DNA of 19,480 nucleotides from a virus (Duplodnaviria; Heunggongvirae; Uroviricota; Caudoviricetes): IMG/VR virus record IMGVR_UViG_2648501130_000004; one strand, 5' to 3'. Shown piece by piece: positions 7,936 to 15,509 of this stretch (position 1 is its first letter; each line of letters starts with the position of its first letter). The notes under the pieces were generated by a model. It saw only the letters and a program-made list of their open reading frames with translations, ran no database searches and was not told where the DNA came from. The position numbers and the translations under genes were made by a program.

Positions 7936-8136
7936 ATGAAAGCGTATTGGGACTCTTTAACCAAAGAACAGCAGGGCGAGTTGGCCGGAAAAGTTGGCTC
8001 AACACCTGGCTACTTACGGCTGGTTTTCAATGGTTATAAAAAAGCCAGTTTTGTGCTGGCGAAAAAACTTGAGCAATGCACGTCAGGTGCAATTACGAAA
8101 TCTGACTTAAGACCGGATATCTATCCGAAAGATTAA
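7936..8136 (+). CDS. Cro-like HTH regulator (YdaS family)
   Basis: 66-aa ORF MKAYWDSLTKEQQGELAGKVGSTPGYLRLV...SGAITKSDLRPDIYPKD; GGAGG RBS 10 nt upstream; the 5' part of track ORF 7633..8136 is antisense to cI and rejected. Confidence 0.8.
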   Translation: MKAYWDSLTKEQQGELAGKVGSTPGYLRLVFNGYKKASFVLAKKLEQCTSGAITKSDLRPDIYPKD

Positions 8137-8167
8137 CAGAACACCTTCAATTTTTAACCACAGAACG

Positions 8168-8731
8168 ATGAGGCTAACCGTGGGTAAGTATCACTGGAAA
8201 GTAGAAAAACAGCCTGAGTGGTACGTGAAAGCTGTCAGAAAAACTATCGCAGCGTTGCCGGGTGGTTACGCTGAAGCAGCTGACTGGCTGGATGTAACAG
8301 AGAACGCATTATTTAACCGCCTTCGTGCCGATGGCGATCAGATTTTCCCGCTGGGATGGGCAATGGTTTTACAGCGCGCGGCTGGCACTCACTACATTGC
8401 GGATGCTGTCGCACAGTCTGCTGGTGGGGTGTTCGTATCGCTTCCTGAAATTGAGGAAGTAGAGAACGCCGATATAAACCAGCGCCTGCTGGAAGTCATC
8501 GAACAGATCGGGAATTACTCAAAGCAGATTCGTTCGGCAATCGAAGATGGGGTCGTGGAGCCACACGAGCAGACAGCAATTAATGATGAGTTGTATCTGT
8601 CAATTTCGAAGCTCCAGGAGCATGCAGCACTGGTCTACAAAATCTTTTGCGCTCCAGAAAAGAGTGACGCCCGCGAGTGTGCAGCTCCGGGCGTCGTGGC
8701 GTTTTGTGTCTGTGGAGAAACTAACGCATGA
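8168..8731 (+). CDS. CII-like / YdaT-like early regulatory protein (family assignment tentative)
   Basis: 187-aa ORF immediately downstream of the YdaS-like cro, the usual position of YdaT/CII-type proteins; alternative GTG start at 8180. Confidence 0.55.
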   Translation: MRLTVGKYHWKVEKQPEWYVKAVRKTIAALPGGYAEAADWLDVTENALFNRLRADGDQIFPLGWAMVLQRAAGTHYIADAVAQSAGGVFVSLPEIEEVENADINQRLLEVIEQIGNYSKQIRSAIEDGVVEPHEQTAINDELYLSISKLQEHAALVYKIFCAPEKSDARECAAPGVVAFCVCGETNA

Positions 8732-9564
8732 ACAGTTTAACGGCAAATAACCGTTTGTCGCAACAGCTGGTGGTCAGCGTCGCTGAACACCTGTTGTTAC
8801 GGCATGAATGCAGATTACCAAATCACCTGGCTGTAAGTAACCACAGAGAACTTTACCTGACTGTGGGGGGCGAGTTGTGCAGGAACTTAACCGCTGGTTT
8901 CGTGACGGAAGAGGGCTTTATGTCCATGTTATTCGTTGGGAGCCAGAAACACAGCGCGTTATCTATCTTCGCAAAGACTACCCGCATGAGTGCTTTAGTC
9001 CTTTGTGGAAATTCAGGCGTGATTTTGTTGAGTGTGAAGGACCACCAGCACATTGATTCTGCCATTCCGGGACGTTACACTGTTCAGGCACCTTATAAAG
9101 CGGGTGTCGGGATTGGCGTCCTGGAATTGCATACGGCGACAATTGGCGCGTTAGCGTCTTTTTTGTTGCTACAACTCAGCTATACCCAAATTATGGTGGG
9201 CTGGGTGGGGGCACCGAAAGGTGCGCCGGTTTCCGTATGCGCCGGTTACGCCAACCCTGCTCAGTTCACCACCAGCGAAATTGGCGTTTCCGGTGGTGGA
9301 AGTTATCCATTGCATACGGAGGCTGCCATCATGGCTACTGTCCCAGCCCTCTCTCGTCTGAATGATGAAGACTTACATAAACTCAGTTATGTAACAACTG
9401 CACTACGTGCTCTGCGCAAGGTAACTCTTTCGGATCCGCAGGCGCATCAGGTTTTGGTAGAAACCCTTCTTAACTTGCAGGCTGAACGTATTCGTCTGGC
9501 GGATAAGGCTAATTTTCATATTCACCGTCTCCTGAATATCAGCGGAGGGCATCGTCATGCTTAA
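8728..9564 (+). CDS. Hypothetical phage protein (278 aa), no recognised domain
   Basis: Only long ORF across this stretch; ATGA overlap with upstream stop and ATG overlap with the downstream ORF. Confidence 0.55.
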   Translation: MNSLTANNRLSQQLVVSVAEHLLLRHECRLPNHLAVSNHRELYLTVGGELCRNLTAGFVTEEGFMSMLFVGSQKHSALSIFAKTTRMSALVLCGNSGVILLSVKDHQHIDSAIPGRYTVQAPYKAGVGIGVLELHTATIGALASFLLLQLSYTQIMVGWVGAPKGAPVSVCAGYANPAQFTTSEIGVSGGGSYPLHTEAAIMATVPALSRLNDEDLHKLSYVTTALRALRKVTLSDPQAHQVLVETLLNLQAERIRLADKANFHIHRLLNISGGHRHA

Positions 9565-9793
9565 TCCGTTGATCCTCAATATTTGCCGTTTGCTTCAGCG
9601 TAAAAAAACATCAATTCCTACAGTTGGGCAGTGGTACACCACACCTGCAGGGCATGTTCTACGTGTTAGCCTGGTTGACCGTGAATGCCAGAAGGTGATT
9701 TGTGAACCGCTGGGCCGTAATTACCGCGTCAGTATGCCGCTTATAGCCTTTCGCTCCGGAAAAAACATGAAGCATCTCGGAGGTGCAGCATGA
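9557..9793 (+). CDS. Small hypothetical protein (78 aa)
   Basis: ORF translationally coupled on both sides (overlapping start/stop codons). Confidence 0.45.
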   Translation: MLNPLILNICRLLQRKKTSIPTVGQWYTTPAGHVLRVSLVDRECQKVICEPLGRNYRVSMPLIAFRSGKNMKHLGGAA

Positions 9794-10608
9794 GTATGGA
9801 GCTGATGGTTAAAGCGATGAAAATTCGAGTGGGTAATCCATTGCGAAAACTGGTTCTGATCAAGCTGGCTGATAATGCCAGCGATCAGGGTGAGTGCTGG
9901 CCCAGCTACCAGCATATTGCTGACCAGTGTGAGATTAGCAAACGTTCTGTGATGAATCATATTGCGGCCCTTTGTGAGTCCGGGCTGGTAAAAAAAGTCA
10001 CCCGGAAAGGTGAAAAAGGTAACTCAAGTAATATCTATCTCCTTCATCTGGATGGTGCAGGAGATTCACTAGGGGGTAGTGCAAATAATTCACTATCTGG
10101 TGCAGCAAATTCACTAGGTAGTGCAGGAGTTGCACCAGGGGGTAGTGCAGGAGATTCACCCAGAACCAGTCACTCTTTTGAACCAGTCAAAGAACCAGTC
10201 AATGAACCAATAGCTGTTGGTGCATCAGTTGATGAGTCCGTGCGAGTTCGTTCAAACCGACCGGAATACTCTCCGGAGTTTGAGCAGGCATGGCTGGCAT
10301 ATCCCAAACGTGCTGGTGGCAATTCAAAATCTGCAGCCTTCAAAGCCTGGAAAGCCCGTTTGAATGAGGGGGTAAACCCCGAAACCATGCTGGAAGGTGT
10401 GAAACGCTACGCGGGCTGGGTATCTGCGATGGGTAACAGCGGCACACAATTTGTGAAACAGGCTGTCACGTTCTTTGGTCCGGATCGTCATTTCGAAGAA
10501 TCCTGGGAAGTTCCTGCGGTATCTGCAGCTAGACGTGAGGACCCGTACTTCAAAGCCAGTTACGACAACGTGGACTACAGCCAGATCCCGGCAGGATTCA
10601 GGGGGTGA
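9790..10608 (+). CDS. Replication initiation protein, lambda-O-like (N-terminal winged-helix/HTH domain, internal iteron-encoded linker)
   Basis: N-terminal LRKLVLIKLADNASDQGECWPSYQHIADQCEISKRSVMNHIAALCESGLV typical of phage replication initiators; the repeat-rich linker (GDSLGGSANNSLSGAANSLGSAG...) coincides with DNA iterons. Confidence 0.75.
   Translation: MSMELMVKAMKIRVGNPLRKLVLIKLADNASDQGECWPSYQHIADQCEISKRSVMNHIAALCESGLVKKVTRKGEKGNSSNIYLLHLDGAGDSLGGSANNSLSGAANSLGSAGVAPGGSAGDSPRTSHSFEPVKEPVNEPIAVGASVDESVRVRSNRPEYSPEFEQAWLAYPKRAGGNSKSAAFKAWKARLNEGVNPETMLEGVKRYAGWVSAMGNSGTQFVKQAVTFFGPDRHFEESWEVPAVSAARREDPYFKASYDNVDYSQIPAGFRG
10054..10210. repeat. Candidate origin of replication: about four iterons of the form TTCACTAGGgGTAGTGCA, each with internal dyad symmetry, followed by three GAACCAGTCA repeats
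   Basis: Direct repeats read from the sequence inside the O-like gene, the same arrangement as lambda ori inside O. Confidence 0.6.
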
Positions 10609-10610
10609 TC

Positions 10611-11099
10611 ATGAGTCTTTTGAATGAAGTTCAGAAATTCATTGAAGCCCATCCGGGGTGTACTTCCGGAGACATTGCGGATGCTTTTGCAGGTTACTCA
10701 CGGCAGCGCGTTCTGCAGTCAGCAAGCAAGTTACGTCAGAGTGGGCGTGTGGCTCACCGTTGTGAAGGAGATACACGCAGACATTTCCCACGCCTGACTG
10801 AGAGAGCGCAGGAGCCGGAACCACAACCAGTTCGTGAAACCAGACCTGTGCGCAATTTCTATGTCGGCACTAACGATCCCCGGGTGATTTTGTGCCTGAC
10901 CCGCCAGGCGGAAGAACTGGAGTCCAGGGGCTTATACCGTCGTGCTGCAACGGTGTGGATGGCGGCATTCCGTGAAAGCTACTCCCAGCCAGAACGAAAC
11001 AATTTTCTGGCGCGTCGTGAACGGTGTTTACGGAAAAGCAGTAAGCGGGCTGCATCAGGTGAAGAGTGGTATCTGTCAGGGAATTACGTGGGGGCTTAA
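10611..11099 (+). CDS. PerC-like transcriptional regulator with N-terminal winged-helix region
   Basis: C-terminal LTRQAEELESRGLYRRAATVWMAAFRE resembles the PerC family from memory; the ORF track's first codon 10605 is GTG, the more likely start is ATG 10611. Confidence 0.6.
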   Translation: MSLLNEVQKFIEAHPGCTSGDIADAFAGYSRQRVLQSASKLRQSGRVAHRCEGDTRRHFPRLTERAQEPEPQPVRETRPVRNFYVGTNDPRVILCLTRQAEELESRGLYRRAATVWMAAFRESYSQPERNNFLARRERCLRKSSKRAASGEEWYLSGNYVGA

Positions 11100-11425
11100 T
11101 GACGACGTTAACTCAATGCCAGCAGCAGGTGCTGGATATGCTGATTTCTTACCAGAAAGAACGTGGCTTCCCGCCAACCAATCAGGAGGTGGCAACCATG
11201 CTGGGATACCGTTCGGTGAATGCAGCGGTGGAGCATCTTCGCGCACTGGAGAAAAAAGGCGTCATCACGATAAAGCGTGGCGTGGCCCGGGGGATAACGC
11301 TTCATACCGCGGTGAAGGACGACGACAGCGAGGCTGTCGGGATTATCCGCTCACTGCTTGCCGGTGAGGAAAACGCAAGGCTGCGTGCAACCCACTGGCT
11401 ACATGAGAGAGGCCTGAAAGTATGA
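11099..11425 (+). CDS. LexA N-terminal DNA-binding-domain homologue lacking the peptidase domain
   Basis: LTQCQQQVLDMLISYQKERGFPPTNQEVATMLGYRSVNAAVEHLRALEKKGVITIKRGVARGITL aligns to E. coli LexA residues about 4-68 (LTARQQEVFDLI...[36 protein letters not shown]...); start ATG overlaps the upstream TAA. Confidence 0.75.
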   Translation: MTTLTQCQQQVLDMLISYQKERGFPPTNQEVATMLGYRSVNAAVEHLRALEKKGVITIKRGVARGITLHTAVKDDDSEAVGIIRSLLAGEENARLRATHWLHERGLKV

Positions 11426-11811
11426 AACTGATCCTGCCTTTCCCGCCCAGCGTGAATACGTACTGGCGACACCCTAACAAAGGGGAGTTTGCTGGTAAAA
11501 GCCTGATAAGCACGGCGGGGCGCAAATTCCAGAGCGCGGCGTGCGCAGCAATAGTTGAGCAGTTACGTCGTCTGCCGAAACCAACGTCGGCACCTGCTTC
11601 AGTGGAGATCGTGTTGTTTCCTCCGGATAACCGGATCCGCGATCTGGACAACTATAACAAGGCACTGTTTGACGCCCTGACCCACGCGGGTGTGTGGGAA
11701 GACGACAGTCAGGTGAAAAGAATGCTGGTGGAGTGGGGACCGGTTATCCCGGAAGGGAAGGTCGAGATCACTATCAGTAAGTACGAGAAAACGGCGGGTG
11801 CAGCCGCCTGA
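11422..11811 (+). CDS. rusA: RusA Holliday-junction resolvase
   Basis: 129-aa ORF; LPFPPSVNTYWRH...RDLDNYNKALFDALTHAGVWEDDSQV matches the RusA family including the catalytic Asp-rich region. Confidence 0.9.
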   Translation: MKLILPFPPSVNTYWRHPNKGEFAGKSLISTAGRKFQSAACAAIVEQLRRLPKPTSAPASVEIVLFPPDNRIRDLDNYNKALFDALTHAGVWEDDSQVKRMLVEWGPVIPEGKVEITISKYEKTAGAAA

Positions 11812-11830
11812 TTAAGAGGAGAAACGAAGT

Positions 11831-12640
11831 ATGAATAATCTGATGGTCATTGATGGTATTGAAGTTCGTCGTGATGCTTATGGACGTTATAGCCTGAACG
11901 ATCTGCATCGCGCAGCAGTAGCATCTGGTGCAAATGCCAGAACCAAGGAGCCAGGAAAGTTTCTTTCCAGCCAACAAACTGTTGAGCTTGTTCATGAATT
12001 GACCAACACCCAGAATTTGGGTGTTGACCCGGTGAGTGTGATTCATGGGGGAAATGAACGGGGAACGTATGTCTGTAAGGAACTGGTGTATGCCTATGCA
12101 ATGTGGATCAGCCCGTCATTCCATCTGAAGGTGATCCGTACTTTCGATATGGTAACCAGCGCACCGGAAAAATTATCCGGGCAGGCTGCTGACAAGATGC
12201 AGGCTGGAGTGATTCTGCTGGACTTTATGCGCAGGGAGTTAAACCTGTCTAACTCATCTGTGCTTGGGGCCTGTCAGAAACTCCAGGAGGCTGTTGGCTT
12301 ACCGAATCTGGCACCGCGTTATGCCATTGATGCTCCTGCTGACGCGCCTGATGGCTCAAGCCGCCCCACGCTGTCACTGAGTGCACTGCTGAAGCAGTAT
12401 GGTATCCGCCTGACGGCTAATCAGGCATATCACCAGATGGCGAAGCTGGGGATCGTCGAACAGCGCGAACGATACAGCCGTACAGCGATTAACAACATCA
12501 AAAAATTCTGGTCGCTGACAGCGAAAGGCTGCATGTTCGGCAAGAACATCACCAGTCCCGCAAATCCGCGCGAGACGCAGCCGCATTTCTTCGAATCCCG
12601 ATTCCCTGAGCTGTTAAAGCTGCTCGATACCGTTCATTGA
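11831..12640 (+). CDS. KilA-N domain protein (antirepressor-like)
   Basis: N-terminal VIDGIEVRRDAYGRYSLNDLHRAA fits the KilA-N domain; AAGAGGAG RBS upstream. Confidence 0.75.
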   Translation: MNNLMVIDGIEVRRDAYGRYSLNDLHRAAVASGANARTKEPGKFLSSQQTVELVHELTNTQNLGVDPVSVIHGGNERGTYVCKELVYAYAMWISPSFHLKVIRTFDMVTSAPEKLSGQAADKMQAGVILLDFMRRELNLSNSSVLGACQKLQEAVGLPNLAPRYAIDAPADAPDGSSRPTLSLSALLKQYGIRLTANQAYHQMAKLGIVEQRERYSRTAINNIKKFWSLTAKGCMFGKNITSPANPRETQPHFFESRFPELLKLLDTVH

Positions 12641-12641
12641 G

Positions 12642-13637
12642 GTGACCGTGAGAGCACTACTGACCCCTGAAATTGCCCCGCGTATGGGGATCGTATTGTT
12701 CAGGCCAGGTTCAGAGCTGATGCCCCTGTTTATGCAGGGGCGTGTCCTGCTGGAGCCTGAGCCGGAACGTTATTCATCTTTCGCCAGTGGTGCCGTTCCG
12801 GCGGCATCACAACCGCTGGCGGATGATCCTGCCGTTCGGGCCGTGTTCCGCAATGAGGCAGTGATCCGTCGTGCTGGTGGCGTGGAATGTCTTGAAAGCT
12901 GGTTACTTCGTGAAAAAGGCTGCCAGTGGCCTCATTCCGACTGGCACAGCGAGAACATGACCACAATGCGACACGCGCCGGGCGCAATCCGTCTGTGCTG
13001 GCACTGCGATAACCAGCTGCGCGATCAGTTCACGGAACGGCTGGAATCAATGGCAACGGATAACTGTGCCCGCTGGGTGTTGTCTGTTGTGCGTCGGGAT
13101 CTCGGTTTTGATGACAGTCACGTTGTGACAATGCCGGAACTGTGCTGGTGGCTGATTCGTAATGACCTGGCGGATGCCTTACCGGAAAGTGCAGCCCGTA
13201 AGGCACTGAGATTACCAAAGCCTGTTGTGCCGTCTGTCACCCGGGAAAGTGACCTTGTGCCTTCGGTTCCTGCCACCAGCATCATCCAGGATAAAGCGAA
13301 AAAGGTGCTGGCGCTGAAAGTGGATCCGGAGTCGCCGGAGTCTTTTATGTTACGCCCAAAACGTCGCCGCTGGGTTAATGAAAAGTACACGCGCTGGGTT
13401 AAGACACAGCCGTGTGCATGTTGTGGAAAGCCCGCTGATGATCCCCACCACCTGATAGGTCACGGTCAGGGTGGAATGGGAACAAAAGCGCATGACCTCT
13501 TTGTGTTGCCTTTGTGCAGAAAGCATCACGACGAGCTGCATGCGGATACCGTGGCATTTGAAGAGAAGTATGGCTCTCAGCTGGAGCTGATATTTCGTTT
13601 TATCGATCGTGCGCTGGCAATTGGCGTATTGGCGTAA
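12642..13637 (+). CDS. DUF968-family phage protein with C-terminal Cys/His (HNH-like) motif
   Basis: C-terminal QPCACCGKPADDPHHLIGHGQGG...LPLCRKHHDELHADT; first codon 12642 is GTG, alternative GTG at 12648. Confidence 0.7.
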   Translation: MTVRALLTPEIAPRMGIVLFRPGSELMPLFMQGRVLLEPEPERYSSFASGAVPAASQPLADDPAVRAVFRNEAVIRRAGGVECLESWLLREKGCQWPHSDWHSENMTTMRHAPGAIRLCWHCDNQLRDQFTERLESMATDNCARWVLSVVRRDLGFDDSHVVTMPELCWWLIRNDLADALPESAARKALRLPKPVVPSVTRESDLVPSVPATSIIQDKAKKVLALKVDPESPESFMLRPKRRRWVNEKYTRWVKTQPCACCGKPADDPHHLIGHGQGGMGTKAHDLFVLPLCRKHHDELHADTVAFEEKYGSQLELIFRFIDRALAIGVLA

Positions 13638-13650
13638 GTGGAGAACGAGC

Positions 13651-14403
13651 ATGAACCTTGAAGCCTTACCAAAATATTACTCCCCAAAATCTCCAAAATT
13701 GAGCGATGACGCACCGGCGACAGGCTCAGGTGGTTTAACGATTACGGATGTGATGGCTGCGCAGGGGATGGTGCAGTCGAAAGCACCGCTTGGGTTTGCC
13801 TTATTCCTGGCAAAAGTTGGTGTTCAGGATCCTCAATTTGCGATTGAAGGTCTGCTCAATTACGCGATGGCACTGGATAACCCGACATTGAACAAATTGA
13901 GTGAAGAAACCCGGTTACAGATCATCCCTTACCTTGTGAATTTTGCCTTTGCTGATTATTCCAGGTCTGCGGCAAGTAAGGCTCGCTGTGAGCATTGTGC
14001 TGGTACTGGATTTCATAATGTATTGCGCGAAGTGGTGAAACACTCCAGAAGCGGGGAATCTGTTATCAAGGAAGAGTGGGTGAAGGAACTATGTCAGCAT
14101 TGTCATGGTAAGGGAGAAGTCAGCACAGCGTGCAGAGGGTGTAAGGGTAAAGGTATTGTCCTGGATGAAAAAAGGACCCGGCTTCATGGCACGCCTGTTT
14201 ATAAGATTTGTGGGCGTTGCAATGGAAACCGGTTTAGCCGTTTACCAACCACACTGGCGCGGCATCATGTCCAGAAGCTGGTACCAGACCTGACGGATTA
14301 TCAGTGGTACAAAGGATATGCAGATGTCATTGATAAACTGGTTACAAAGTGCTGGCAGGAAGAAGCATATGCAGAGATACAATTGAGAAATGTGACAAGA
14401 TAA
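13651..14403 (+). CDS. Late-gene antiterminator Q-like protein (phage 82/21 type)
   Basis: 250 aa from ATG 13651 (GGAGAA RBS); multiple CxxC zinc-finger pairs (CEHCAGTG, CQHCHGKG, CRGCKGKG, CGRCNGNR) and position right after the nin-like region. Confidence 0.8.
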   Translation: MNLEALPKYYSPKSPKLSDDAPATGSGGLTITDVMAAQGMVQSKAPLGFALFLAKVGVQDPQFAIEGLLNYAMALDNPTLNKLSEETRLQIIPYLVNFAFADYSRSAASKARCEHCAGTGFHNVLREVVKHSRSGESVIKEEWVKELCQHCHGKGEVSTACRGCKGKGIVLDEKRTRLHGTPVYKICGRCNGNRFSRLPTTLARHHVQKLVPDLTDYQWYKGYADVIDKLVTKCWQEEAYAEIQLRNVTR

Positions 14404-14434
14404 ATGGTTTTCGCCGAAGATGACGACATGATGC

Positions 14435-14463
14435 TTGCATTTTTCAAAAAATATGGATAAGAT
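14435..14463 (+). promoter_or_regulatory. Candidate late promoter PR' (TTGCAT - 17 bp - TAAGAT)
   Basis: Hexamers read from the sequence 32 nt downstream of the Q stop and about 40 nt upstream of the terminator hairpin. Confidence 0.4.
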
Positions 14464-14500
14464 TTTCCCAACGATGGGCTTTGTATGTCTACCGTTGATA

Positions 14501-14524
14501 AGATTTAAGAACCCGCCACTGAGC
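14501..14524 (+). terminator. Intrinsic terminator (tR'-like): CCCGC-cactga-GCGGG followed by T7
   Basis: Hairpin plus U-tract read directly; canonical position downstream of Q/PR'. Confidence 0.7.
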
Positions 14525-14692
14525 GGGTTTTTTTGTGCCAGATGTCTCATGAAACTATGAAATGGATTGGTGCGTTAAACATTTTTTCTTATTATCTTTT
14601 AGATTTTGGAAAGATGGTTAACGTCTGTATTCCAGAAACTCGATGATTATTTAATAAATTAGTTTCAATGATGCTTCTAGGTTATGACTGTA

Positions 14693-15109
14693 ATGAAAAA
14701 GGTATTAATAGCAGCGATAGGTTTTTGTTTAGTTGGTTGTGCAGGTATGAAATTACCTGAGTATTCGCAAGTTAAAGCAAGTCCGTATTATACAGATTGC
14801 CGTGCGTTTGCCATGGATGTTTATAAAAATGATGGATACAGCAAAATTGCGAAAACTACTATCCTTAGCATGGATGATGTGAAGGCTAGATATATTGTGA
14901 CAGGGTGTGTAGTTGCTATGGGGAAAAACACTGTAGAGGAAATCAAAGCTGATCTCTCTGCTAAAGGGAGTTCTTTTGGGCTTATCAGTGGAGCTTGTTC
15001 TAGTGCGGCATGTCGGGTTGATGTAGAGCAGCAAATGAACGCTTATGTACTTGGTAGTTATTATGCTGCAAATAAAAAATTCCCGGATAAAATGAAAGCA
15101 GAGTTTTAA
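14693..15109 (+). CDS. AT-rich lipoprotein moron (signal peptide MKKVLIAAIGFCLVGC with lipobox LVGC)
   Basis: ORF track 14684..15109; the second in-frame ATG 14693 gives a classic lipoprotein signal; GC about 37 percent; mature part rich in Cys. Confidence 0.7.
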   Translation: MKKVLIAAIGFCLVGCAGMKLPEYSQVKASPYYTDCRAFAMDVYKNDGYSKIAKTTILSMDDVKARYIVTGCVVAMGKNTVEEIKADLSAKGSSFGLISGACSSAACRVDVEQQMNAYVLGSYYAANKKFPDKMKAEF

Positions 15110-15187
15110 GTAAACCTTGTTTTCGATTATATGTCGAAGATAAATGTTAGTAACGGCATAATAAGTAAATATATAGCTGTGATAGCA

Positions 15188-15210
15188 ACCCGCCACTGAG
15201 CGGGTTTTTT
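15188..15210 (+). terminator. Second copy of the same terminator hairpin (CCCGC-cactga-GCGGG followed by T6)
   Basis: About 25-bp direct repeat of 14501..14526, placed 78 nt after the lipoprotein stop. Confidence 0.7.
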
Positions 15211-15332
15211 GTACCTGTAAACTTGGTGCAGTACAGTAAACACGCTGGTGGTCGTGAATACTGACTTTTTATCTTGCTGGCTTTTTAGACAAGAGTTATT
15301 GGTATGTCATGTTAACCAGAAGGGAAAAAGAC

Positions 15333-15509
15333 ATGCTAAAACAGCAAGATATGACAGAAACCGCCGCCGCAGTCCTTCATTTCTTACCTGCTGACAAGTG
15401 GGTAACGCCACGCATGATGACGAGAACTACCGGAGTAAGCGAAGCCCGGTGCCAGTTAATACTGACTCAGTTAGTTCTGGCGGGTCTGGCGAAGGATAAC
15501 GGCGGGTAA
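15333..15509 (+). CDS. Small hypothetical ORF (58 aa), possibly a gene remnant
   Basis: ATG 15333 preceded by AGGGAAAAAG; the ORF track starts at 15309; no recognisable domain. Confidence 0.3.
   Translation: MLKQQDMTETAAAVLHFLPADKWVTPRMMTRTTGVSEARCQLILTQLVLAGLAKDNGG

Noticed and set aside
10942-11367. 141-aa ORF in an alternative frame across the PerC-like/LexA-like genes, and minus-strand ORFs 10639..10824, 10870..11055 and 11108..11305
   Set aside because: They overlap frames that have clear homology (LexA N-domain, PerC-like) and have Gly/Arg-rich low-complexity translations.
13609-13650. Longer Q start at 13609 (MRWQLAYWRKWRTS...)
   Set aside because: It overlaps the end of the DUF968 gene; ATG 13651 has a GGAGAA RBS and gives the typical 250-aa Q length.
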